A stretch of 64,000 nucleotides of DNA from the human T2T-CHM13v2.0 reference genome, Homo sapiens. Location of the stretch: the NCBI RefSeq assembly GCF_009914755.1, contig NC_060927.1; one strand, 5' to 3'. The number at the start of each line of letters is the position of its first letter. The first letter of the stretch is position 1. Both the position numbers and the translations under genes were made by a program. This document shows, piece by piece, positions 24,711-36,800 of this stretch. Below the pieces are notes generated by a model. It saw only the letters and a program-made list of their open reading frames with translations, had not been told where the DNA came from and searched no databases.

Positions 24711-25509
24711 AAAGCATTGTGGAGATACCACCGAAACTCACTGGTATTCTGTTCTTTATGGTCTGAGGTCTGAGGCAGCTTTGGAGTAAAACCTAGATAT
24801 TAGCCTCTGTCTTCCCTTCATGGGTGCCCCTTGGAGCAATAATAAAGATAGATAGCTGGCCTGGACCCCCTCTTCTATGGTAGGTGTTAACCCTGTAATT
24901 GCTGTGAGTCCACCCTGTGAGTCAGGAAGGGGCTCAAGTCCTCCAAGAAATCCTGAGAAAAAGGTCAACATCAGTGATTCTGCTAGCCAGTATGAAAGTG
25001 ATTTTGTACTTTAACAAGTGGTACCTCTGTACCATACTTGCCTTGGCATCGACCCTGGCCACCTCTCTCTAGTATATTTGGAGATGTGAGGAAAGAACAC
25101 TTGTCCCAAGTTTATTCCTAAGGTTTCCTCTCCGTTCTGTTTGGGCCTCTGTGTTCTTTTTTCTCACTGGGTTCTACTCACTCAAGACTGTGTTGATAGT
25201 GGATGTTACTGGTCCTTCCATGATATGAAATGGCTTCCCATCATTCATAGCTAGCAAATAACCAACAAATTGAACATTAGCTATTTATTTCATATAAGTG
25301 GCTTCAACTAACACCATGGCTTCCATTACACCCCCATGCCAACTGCCATGTTGCCCACCCACCATTTTTTTAATCCATTACCTGGGCACCAGGGCCTCCT
25401 TGCTGTTTGGCTTGTATTAACTCCTCAGTTCTTGCTTTTTGAAGTAGAAAAGTTTAGTTTTCTTTCTCTCAGTCTTCTACCACTCCAACCACACCCCACA
25501 GGCACTAAT

Positions 25510-25805
25510 ATGTTTATTCACTCAAAAAATATTTGAGTCCCTTCTAAGAACCTGGCACTGTGGAAAAGTGAGCAAAACTGTGCTAGGTCTTTACCATGAT
25601 GGAGCTTACAGTTTTATTAGGGAAACAAATGTTAAAGAGACAGTCATACTAAACAAATGCCAAAGTGAAACAATGTAATGTGTAGGGGAAGGGGGAAAGA
25701 GAGGTAGAACTTTGTGGGGTTAGGGGATAGAGGATGGGGGGAGGCAGATTAGCTTCTGGGAGGAAATGATGGTCATGCAGAGTTTGAGACCTAAAGAATA
25801 AGAGG
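25510..25805 (-). mobile_element. L2 3' fragment
   Basis: ttattcactcaaaaaatatttgagt...cctggcactg...atggagcttacagt. Confidence 0.6.
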
Positions 25806-26842
25806 GAGGTGCTGTTAGCTGCCACCTACACTCACTGATGCTCCCTGTGTAGGCACAAGAGGCTGCAGATGGAACAAATTTAAATCTCGTTCTCTCTTTA
25901 CATACATATATAAAATAACTTAATATATGAAACTATTGTCTAAGACAAGCAGGCCTTATTCTGAACTCCCCACTGTAGTGGGGATTAATAATGACCACTA
26001 TTTCTGGCTTTATTGTTCCCCTGTGGGAGTTAAAGACACTGAGGAGACACAGATCCTCATAAATGAACAAAGCAATTTAGCTCTATAGCCTGGGGATATT
26101 ATTGTCAAAATATACTTTGAAAAAAAGTTTAAGAGTAATTCTCTTCCAAGTTCCATGGGATGGTACGATTGGTCTCCCGTCTCCCCGCCTCGCTCATACC
26201 AATTAACCCTCTGAAACAGCTTAGTTCTTTTGGCCTTAAAATAAAAGAAATAGAGGTAATCATTTGAACAAAGTTGAACATTTCTTAATAGGCCCAAATA
26301 CTCTATTTATTAAATAATAGATTGGCCTAACTTTCCATTATTTTTAAAATGATGTTATATAGAGATTAGGGAAAAATAGCCAATAAAAATTGTTGCAGAA
26401 AGTTTGGTAATTCCCAATACATTTGGGATTTATTGGTAACATAAAAATAGAGAAAAAGAGTTGACTATGATGATGTTAGTGGGACTCAATGGTTCATCAG
26501 ACTGTGTAACTAATTTTAATGTGACATTTGCTAATTACCTTACAGATCAGCCAGGTCATCTTCTCCTAGAGTTAACCTAGTTAGAATAGGGCAAAGTCCT
26601 CATTCACTTTTAGAGCTTGTTAAATATTTGATTCCTTCCCGGCAGGTACTCTGGGGTCTTGATATTTCTTATTCAGCTGTGTTTCACTTTTGGGTGCCTT
26701 CGAGATGCCAAAGGTTAAGCTTAAGCCTCTGTGGTACCCCACAGTGAGACCAGCCATTATGCATGATACCACATAGCCAAAGCTTAATATGTGGCCAAAT
26801 TTCATTAAGATAAAACTGAAATAAGATTTTGTACTTAAATAT

Positions 26843-27402
26843 TGTGGAAATAAACAGAGACCAAATCAGGACAAGCAGACTATTCAAAGCTTGCTGTAGT
26901 ATAGGAGTCAGCCACTGTCACTCGCATTTGGCAGAGGCTGAAAGGTTGGCAGAAGAGTGGGAAAACTTTATAGTAGGCAGCAAGGGCAGGCTTCAAGTAT
27001 GCCCTGATTGGAAGCTGTTGACACAGGGAAGCTGTAGGTGAGCTAAGAGGTAGTGCATCCTACCTATTTGGTTAGGGGTGCACATTTGGATTTCTTTGGT
27101 TTGTTGTAAGCAGGGACGACAATTAGGGAAGCTGTCAGGTACTAATCAAGCCCTGGTTGTTTGGGGCCAAATGCTACAGGGGTTGTTGTTTGGGGCCAAA
27201 TGCTACAGGGGTTGTTGTTTGGGGCCAAATGCTACAGGGGTTGTTGTTTGGCTTCCTGGATTGTAACGAGACAGCAATTTGGCTTCCTTCAAGTCTGACT
27301 TAGAACAGCCTGGCTTCCTGGACTGCTGCTGCAGATTGCAGGTCAAAGTTCTATTATTATACATGGCCTAGTCATTTTCCATTGGTATGTTCAGCCTCTT
27401 AG
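26843..27402 (-). mobile_element. ERV1 solo LTR (MER89-like)
   Basis: ggagtcagccac...tgccctgattggaagctgttg...aagtctgactt...ggcttcctgg...gttcagcctct; family assignment from memory. Confidence 0.6.
27156..27251 (+). repeat. Perfect 29-bp minisatellite, 3.3 copies
   Basis: gttgtttggggccaaatgctacaggggtt at 27156, 27185, 27214 and a partial copy at 27243. Confidence 0.97.
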
Positions 27403-27814
27403 TATTTTTACTGTGCTCTGTCTTATGAGTTTTGCAGCACCGCTACACTCAGGGTGTGTGTTTTCTTCACAAAATATGGGCACTGGGATTTACTAAATGT
27501 CTGGCTGTTGCAAGTCTCCAGAGTACCTTCTTATCACACAATTCAGAGTATTCTAGAAAGCAGGATAAGAATGTTTGCACTACCAAACTCAGCTCTTTAA
27601 TGATATGTGGACACAGGCAGACATAGCTAATTAAACTACAGTAAGATATGCAGCAATAGGATAAGAAGGACCGAGACCTTGAAACTAAGCTGGGCACTGG
27701 TTGGATGAGGCATGCCAGGGGTGAGGGGAGAAGGAAAGAAGGTTCAGGACTCCAACTCCAATAAAGATCTGGGATAAAGTCTGTTTTAGAAGCAGAGAAC
27801 ACAATTATTACATT

Positions 27815-28040
27815 TAGTACCATTAAATATGCTTTCATTTCATGCTAAGTGCTGTGTGAAGCATATTTTTTTCTAGTATTTTGTGTAAGCTTCATTAAAA
27901 TCCTATAACATCAATACTTAGACTATCCCTTTTTACAGATGAGAAAATTAAGACTCAGAAAAATTAAGTGTTTTGCCCAAGCTCACATAGCTCGTGAGAT
28001 ACAGAACTGGTACTTGGGAGCAGCAGCTGACCCCAGAGTC
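27815..28040 (-). mobile_element. MIR
   Basis: tttacagatgagaaaattaagactcaga...tgcccaagctcacatagct. Confidence 0.75.
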
Positions 28041-29412
28041 AGATTTGCATTCGGCCCCCTCCTCCACCCCCTCAGCTTCTATTCTTGGTGGCCCACCCCA
28101 CAACCACCAGCTGTGTCTCTCTTGGCTGGGAGGCAGCTCTCTTGGGCGATTTAATAGTAAAGTGGCTTAAACTGTGATAATTAAGTGATTGTGCCTTCTT
28201 TCTCCAGATTTCTTTTCCCTTGAGTAGAAAGAAACCATGTCCATTGCCTAAGCAGACATCCAACCAGGGCAAGAATTGCCAGTATCTCCCTCATTTCATA
28301 CATGCCTTCTTTCTGTGCATGGATGTCTCAAAACCTTTCTCACTTGGATGGTGGAGTGTGATGAAGTCCTTGGGAAGGGGACATGGGAAGGGATTGTACT
28401 GCTGAGGAAAGTATTTGGCATCTGACTTTGACTCCCTTCTCCTCTCAAGTAGTCAGTTTTTGTGAATTAGAAATAGCAGGTGGAGTTTTTCATTGTGATA
28501 GGGACTTTTTGGGCAACTACTTATAAGCCTTTAGAGCATGTTGTTGGACCAGCTTCAGATTGTGACGTACTTTAGTGCCTATTTTCAGCTGTGGGATTTT
28601 CATCCATTGATATAATGAAGTTAGGCACACAGAGGTATGTAGAGGTGGGCAGAGGGGAGTGGTACCCTCCTTAATTTGAAAACCTTCATAAAGACATGAT
28701 ACCTGCATGTATGAAGTACAGTTAAACAGCAAAGGAAGCCTGGGGGGAGGAAAAAAAACATATGTACAGTTTAAGGAAGAGAAGGAATTGAAGTGAGCTG
28801 AAGTGAGCAGCCAAATAAGCAGAGAAATTGCCCAGATTATAAGCAATCTAGTGCTATTAAAGTCAGAAATACAAGGTGGGTGGTTATATCAGGCTAAAGG
28901 TCCTTTAACACCCCACACCTAAAATCGGGATTATTTTTAAAGAAGGAGGGATGAAAACGCAAAAAGATCAAATGACCCTAAGTTTTGTTAAAGGAAGCTG
29001 CAGAGATTAGCATCAAAGCTCCAAGCTTCTCAGTGGCCATCATCTCTCTACCCAAACTGTAAAACGTTCACCTAGGCAAACTTAAGTGGAGTGCAAATTC
29101 TTAAATAGAAACTTATTTCCAGATGCTACATCAAGATCAATAATCACTATCCCCTCTGCTGTTTAACAAACACACAAATATAAACAGTCCATAAACACTT
29201 TTGTCTTTGTAAACTCAGAAATTTTGTCATGTGATTGTGAGTGAAGGCAGTAGCCATACCCAATCTGCTCATCATTGTATATCTAAACCATTACCAAGTA
29301 CGGTATCTGGAATAATGGATATTTGCGACAACAAAAATATTTCAGTGCATGAATAATGATTCTTCCTTACTCCTCCAAAGGAAAAAATTTGATGATGTCA
29401 TTTGATTAATGA

Positions 29413-29736
<324 letters not shown>

Positions 29737-29759
29737 CATGTAATTCTTTTAAAGGGGAT

Positions 29760-30385
29760 TATATCTCATTTATTTATTCACCTATTGATGATGTTTGTGT
29801 CGTTTCTAGTTTGAGGCTATTAGGATAAAGCTTTATGAACATTCATGTACAAGTTTTGTGTAGACATAGGCTTTTGTTTCTCTTGGGTAAATGCCTTAGG
29901 AGTAGAATTGCTTGGTTCTAGGTCAGTCTTGTGTTTACTTTTGAGAGAAACATCTCAGTCTTTTTCCAAAGTATTTGCATGGTTTTACACTCCCATGAGC
30001 TATAATAAAGAGTTCAAGTGGCTGCATATCATGGCCAACATTTGGAGGTGTCAGTTTTTAAATTTTAGCCATTCTGGTGAGCTTGTAGTGCTACTCATTG
30101 TGGTTTTACTTGATGAATAATAACGTTGAGCACTTATTCAAATGCGTATTGATCATTTGTATATCTGTTCAAAACCTTTCCCCATTTAAAAAAATGGAGT
30201 TTGTCCTCTTAGTTTTCTTTATAGATTAAATATAAATCTTAGATATGGACCTTTTGTTAGATGTAGTTATTGGAAATATTTTACCCCAGTCTGTGGCTTA
30301 CCTTTTCCTTGTTTCTTAAGGAGGCTTCTAAAAAAATAAAGTTTAAAATTTTGATTAAAGCCCAGTTTGTTAATTTTTTTCATAA
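29760..30385 (-). mobile_element. Old L1M (MC/MD/ME-type) ORF2 3' fragment
   Basis: tttctagtttgaggctat...tgaacattcatgtacaagttttgtgtagacat...ttttagccattctgg. Confidence 0.75.
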
Positions 30386-30499
30386 TATTCAATTGTCGGG
30401 ATTAGTTTATGGTTTTGATGGCAGGAGCTAGCTCAAAGGCAGTTGTAAAGTGTTTATGCCAACTTTTGGATCTCTCAAATTTTAGGCAATGCAGTGAAT

Positions 30500-31650
30500 G
30501 CTTTTGCTTCCAGGTAGCATGATGTAACTTGTAGCAGATCAACACTCCCAGTGCAAAAACTAGAAAAAGCTAGATAAGTTACCAAAGTTGTATAGTTAAA
30601 GATACTGGGGAGCTATAGAAGTAACAAAGACCAGATAACTTGGAATTCGGGGGTAGGGAAAACTTTCAGACCTGAGCTGACCAGTCATTTATTCTCCTGG
30701 GATATTTGCTGATTTGGGCTGCAGACAGGGTAAGGCTTAATCCAAACACAGTGACTCTACTAGAGGAAAGAACAAATTTGAGGACTTTTATGAGTGCTTG
30801 ATCCTGGCGGATGGATTGGAAATTTGTGGAGATCTGGCTGGTTTTCCCCATGAGACAGTTTGTTCTGGAGTATACATGGGATGCTGGGTGACTAGACAAA
30901 AGGCTAAAGAGATAATGACAAAGAATGCTTCAAAACTGGTGAAAGACCTCAACTCAAAGATTCCATAAGCTCAGTGAATCCTATACCGGATAAATAAAAA
31001 CCACCACTCTAGGACTTAGTATCATCAAATTGTTGAAAACAAAAGGACAAGAGAAAATCTTAAAAGCACCCAGAGAAAAAAAGACATGGTGCTTCCAAAG
31101 GATAAATAAGAAGACTAATAATAGCTGACTTTCAAATAGAAACAGTAGAAACTATCTAAGAAATAAGGAGGAAAATTGGTATAAACCTATTGCTCAGCTA
31201 TATTTCCAATTTGGCAACATTTCTGAAGTTTAGATGCTCATACCTATCATCTGAGCAATTCCATCTCCTCTCTTATACACACCTGTGAGAACAAAATATT
31301 GGAAGCCTAAATGTCTGTTAATAGATGAATAAATAGTATAGATTATTACATAATCATTCAACATTGAAAAATCTGACCAAGTTACAAAATAGAAGTACAA
31401 CATACACTATACATAATGTTTTAAAATATCAGAACAATAGTTAATGTTTATGAATATAAAATGATAAAATTGTAAAAACATACATGAATCAGAGAGGAAT
31501 TCACAAGAGGAGCTCAGTTATATTTTGTCTAATTCTTTAATGAAGAAATGAAATAACAGTGTTGACTGGAGAATGCATGGGTATTCCTTATAATTTTATT
31601 CGTTCTTACCAGCATGTTTGAAATATCTCACAGTAACACCTTTTAAAAAT
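30500..31650 (+). mobile_element. Old L1M fragments (5' region, ORF1, 3' UTR pieces)
   Basis: ORF1-like aagctcagtgaatcc...caaattgttgaaaac...gagaaaatcttaaaagca...gctgactt. Confidence 0.55.
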
Positions 31651-33879
31651 AATCAAGAACCCTCAGGACTTGGATGGAATTGAACATGCAGTGTTTTCAG
31701 GAATATTTTTTAAAAATTCTTATGGTGGAAGGAAATGATGTAATTTAGGGCCTTTCTAGTTCTTTTCTATGTCATCCCCAGCCCAGAAAAGTGCCTGTTC
31801 AATGAAGCTATCCATATAAGTAGATTTGGCTATGAAAATGGAAAACAGAATTTAGGAAATATTCAGCTGACAAGAAAAAAAATCCACCTTCAAAAGAGGT
31901 CCCCTAAAAACTTAGGGTTTTATTTATTTATTTATATCATTCCCCATTTGAGTTGTTTTATCATTTTGGTCTTTGTTCTGAAAGGAAATCATTTCTCCTA
32001 ATATTGGGTGACATTTCTACAAAGCTTATCAGCCAATGCCCTCTTTACTCAGAAACTTTTAGGTATTACAAGAAAAGAAGGCTGCTTGCCAGGTGTCATA
32101 AAACCTATTCTCAGTTGTGCTGTTTCCAGATGCCTTTACTTAATCTGACTGCGTGGGTTTGTTCATCCTGATGGACGGCACCCTCTAACATCTGTTGACT
32201 GCAATGATTACCTAAAGTTATGGTCAAAGCCAAACCCTACATCAAAAAATGAGTAACTTGTATTCATGAAAGCATTTTTACTTCTTGCACAAATGGCCAA
32301 CAAGCTGTTCTGTTAAAGAGTGGTGTGTATAAACTCAAAGAGGAAAAGGGCATTTAAAAGGAAAAAAAAGCCATCAACTGGAAATAAAAGTTTTGATAAG
32401 TATGAGGGAGACCACGAATTGGAATGCTTTATAAATCAAGTAGGTTTTGTATTAATGTTCCATGTGAATGACTCCCACAATGTCCTTTTTATTAATAGGG
32501 CTTCCAACATTTATATTATTTTTTCCCTAAGTTTTAAGTGAAGGGTAGTTAGAGTGTATGTTTTAAATGGGGCAGAGAGCAGTTCTATCACTCATTTCTT
32601 ATGATTACTCAGTGACTGAGATTAGATAAAAATTTTAATGATTTAAACAGAAAAGCAGATCAGATTATACTGTATTTATCACACCTTTCAGCAAAAACAG
32701 GCTCAATATCCTTATTTCTCCTTTTCTCATATTTTTATCTGCCTGAGAAGAAAAAATTTATAGTGAAAATTTATGGATAAAGACATAAAGCTGCAACATA
32801 AGCAGATGGTATGGTAGTTTGACTTTTAACTTTCATTTTAAATCAAGCTCAGATCACTTGAATTCCGAAAAATAAATTGTGTTTTTTAAAGTTTTGCTAT
32901 TTACACTGTCACACATACACCTCTGAATACTGTTATTTCCTTGCAACACAGTGACAAGCATGTACTCACTATTTCCTTCTTAATGGGATTGAAATGGATG
33001 ACATTCTTTGTTATTATGAAAAGATCAGTACAAAATGTCACCAGAAGTCCTTTAGAGAGGCACACTGTATAACTGGGCAAGCTAAATTCTTCTTCCCATT
33101 AACAAATTAGTATTTGGACAATAAGGGCAGGGAAAAGTAAGCAGTGGACTTAACAAGCCCAAGGTAGCCCACACCCAAAGCCACAATGGACCCTGTAAAT
33201 GATACCTTCAGTTGATGATGCCACATGGGGCAAAGATGGAGGAAAATGACCACTCTTAATCACTGCTAAAGGACACAAAATTATAAACAAGAAATTTGGC
33301 ACAGGAATGAGAAAAGAGCCTGAGTAAATGAAGGACCCTGAAGGTTAAGCTTCATTAGATTCACAGTATATATAGCTGCTTCTGATTAAAAGCCTGAAAA
33401 TGTGGATATCCTAATTCTTGGTTGTATTAAAAATAAGTGTTTTAATAAATATGCAAAACTATATAGTCACAGATCACCTTGATAGCACTGATTATTTTAC
33501 TGAATGATTTGGACCAATTTAAATATCAATTGATAGAAGATGGATTAAATAAATTATTGTACAGCCATCCAATAGAATATTATATGGTTATAAAAAGTAG
33601 TAATGCAGATCTATATTCTAATGAGGTTTATGACAAACTGATATAAAATCTAGGTTACAAAATATAAAGTATAAAAATAAGTAAAATGTGATTCAATTTT
33701 TGAAAATATCCTTTGTGCAAAATGATAGGAAAAATGAGTTATAATTTATATAGTTCAGTGGAGAAATGGTCTAAGTAACTAGAACAAAATTTGTGTGGAA
33801 TTAGACATCTATATAGCATATAGTGAATCTTGAGCAGCACTTCACTCCAAGCACACACAAACATACAAAGAGCCTCAAT

Positions 33880-36800
33880 TCTAGATTGATTATGGGTCCA
33901 AATGTGAAAGATAAAACTTAAAAAGAAAAAGATAAAAATTTTAGAAAAATAAAATGATATTCCTTGACCTAGAGTAGGTCTAGAACACAGAAAGTGTTCT
34001 TATAAAAACAAAAATTGTAATTTGAATCATATTTAAATAATGTCTATCCAAAAATACCACTTAAGGGTGAAAAAGTAGAAGATATTTATAGAACATAATT
34101 AAGAGAAAAGATTAGGAACCAGATATATAATAACTTCAACAAATTAATAAGAGAAAATTTACATGACCTAATAGAAAAATGGGCAAAAGACTTGAACAGG
34201 CAGCTGACCAAAAAGAGTTACCCAAAAGGTTAATATATGTAAGGCATTCTGCCCAGTGGCCCAATAGCCCCTGTGTCTCCACATCTCTGGAGTACTGACA
34301 TTATCCTACTACACCCACAAAAGGCTGCAGGGGCACAACCTCTGTTGGACTCAGCAATGCAGCCATAAACCTGGCACCTGAGCCCACATAGCACCTGGCA
34401 CCTTGGGGTTGTCCAGCACAGCAGGGAGGCAACCTCAAAGACAGAGGGAGCCAATATATGCACTCTCCAGGGCCTGAGAGCTAAGAGCCTGGGGCCTGTC
34501 TTCACTGACAACCTCACACACTCTGCCACTAAGCATCCAGATACCACCCCCAGGGGCCCAGGGGCCAGCTTGCCTGGGGCCCACAACCAACAATCTTGCT
34601 CACTTCAGTAGTGGAGCTGCTGAGTGCCCATGTCCCCCCACCCAGGAGCCTAAGAAGTGACCCACCTGGGCCTGCTGCTGCCAGCAACCCCACCCAGCAT
34701 CAGAGCTTCTGTGCATCTCACCCATATGAAAAGGGTCAGAAGTCCACTTGTCTGGAGTCTGATACTGTTGGAAACTACACGCCTGTGCCCAGCCAGAACC
34801 AAAGTCAAAGCATACTACCCAACAAATGCTATAGGGCACATATACAGGAAAAGGTATTTCCCTATGAAAGCTACTTCATAAAATTAAAAGAAGTGACTAT
34901 TACACCACACAAGAAAGATGACAAAACAAGGAAACATGACATCTCCAAGGGAACACAATAATTCTCTAGCAAGAAACCCCAAAGAAAATAAAATTTATGA
35001 AATTCCGGAAAAAGAATTGAAAATGATCTTAAGGAAACTCAGTGAAATATAGATGGACAATTCAATGAAATCAGAAAAACCATTCAGGATCTGAATGAGA
35101 AATTCAACAAAGAGATACCTATTATAAAAAAAGAATTAAACAGAAATATTGGAACTGAAGATTTCAATTAATAATATTTTAAAATGGAATAGAGCTTTGA
35201 CAATAGACTAGGCAGAAGTAAGGATTTCTAAACTTGAAGATGGATCTTTTGAAATAACACAGATGAAGAAGAGGAAGAGGTAGAAGAAGAGAAAGAGGAA
35301 GAAGCAGAGGAAAAAGAAGAAGAGGAAGAAGAGAAAATTGAAGAAAGCCAACAGGACTTATGGGAGAGCGTTAAGAGAACAAATATTCACATTTGCATTT
35401 GAATTGCAGAAGAGATAGGAAAATGCATAGAAAACTTATATAATGAAATAGTAGCAGAAAACTTCTCTTGTATTGGGAGAGGTTTGAACATCTAGATCTA
35501 TGAAGCTCAAAAATCCCTTTGAATCCTCTTTGAGGCACATTAGAGTCAAACTGTCAAAAGTCAAAGACAAAGAGAATTTTAAAAACAGCAAGAGAAAAGC
35601 ATTAAATCATATATAAGGGAATCCCCATCTGACTAACAGCAGATGTCTCAGCAGAAACTTTAAAGGCCAAGAAAGAAAACCCTGGCAGCCAAGAATACTA
35701 TACCCAACAAAGCTATTCTTTAAAACTGAAATAGAAATAGCATTTCCAGATAGGCAAAAACTGAGGGAATTCATCACCATTAGACCAGCCCTACAAGAAA
35801 TGCTTAGGGGAGTCCTACATCTGAAAGCAAAAGGATGATAACTACCATCATGAAAACATGCAAAAGAATAAAACTCACTGGTAAAACAGATATACAACTG
35901 AGAAAGAGAGAGGAATCAAACCTTATCACTGCAAAAAGCCATCAAACCCTAAAGGTAAACAGAAAGAAAGGGAGAAAGGAAAATAGGATATTTTAAACAA
36001 CCAGAAACAACCAGAAAACAGTTAATAAAATGACAGGAGTAAGTCTACACCTGTCAATAACAACCTTGAATTTAAGTAGTTTAAATTCCCTATTAAATGA
36101 TATAGACTAGCTGAAAGGATTAAAAACAATAGCAACAATACTCCAGTATATACTGCCTATAAGAAACTCATTTCACCTGTAAAGACACTCATAGGCTAAA
36201 AGTAAAGAGCTGGAAAAAGATACTCCATGCAAATCAAAACTAAAAGTGAGGAGAAGCTATCCTTATTTCAGATACAATAGACTTTAAGTCAAAAAATATA
36301 AAAAGAGACAAAGAGTGTCATTCATATAATGAAATGTCACTATATAATGAAAAAGCAATCAGTTCAGGAAGAAAATACAATAACTGTAAATATATATGCA
36401 CCCAACACTGGAGCACCCATATATACATATAAAGCAAATATTATTAGTGCTAAAGGCAGAGATATACCACAATATAATAATAGTTGAAGACTTCAACACC
36501 CTATTCTCAGCAATGGACAAGTGATCTAGACAGAAAATAAAGAAACATCAGACTTAGACTACACTATAGATCAAATAAATCTAACTGATATTTACAGAAT
36601 ATTTTATCCAACAGCTGCTGAATACATATTCTTCTCATCAGCACATGGAACATTCTCTAGGACAGACAATATGTTAGGCCAATAAACAAGTCTCAATATT
36701 TTTTTAAATCAAAATTGTATCAAATACCCTTTCAGATTACAATAAAACTAGAAATCAATGAGGAAATTTGAAAACTGTACAAATACATGGAAATTACACA

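Noticed and set aside
27156-27251. 29-bp direct repeats superficially like a CRISPR array
   Set aside because: No spacers; a head-to-tail minisatellite in primate DNA.
33155-33385. Possible hAT-Tip100 (MER115/Zaphod-like) remnant; a similar hint at ~55100-55170
   Set aside because: Only a short terminal resemblance (cctgaaggttaagcttcattag); too weak to annotate.
34230-34961. GC-richer stretch with ~120-aa ORFs resembling an exon or promoter
   Set aside because: Best explained as the 5' region of the L1MA; CpG-poor, not an island.
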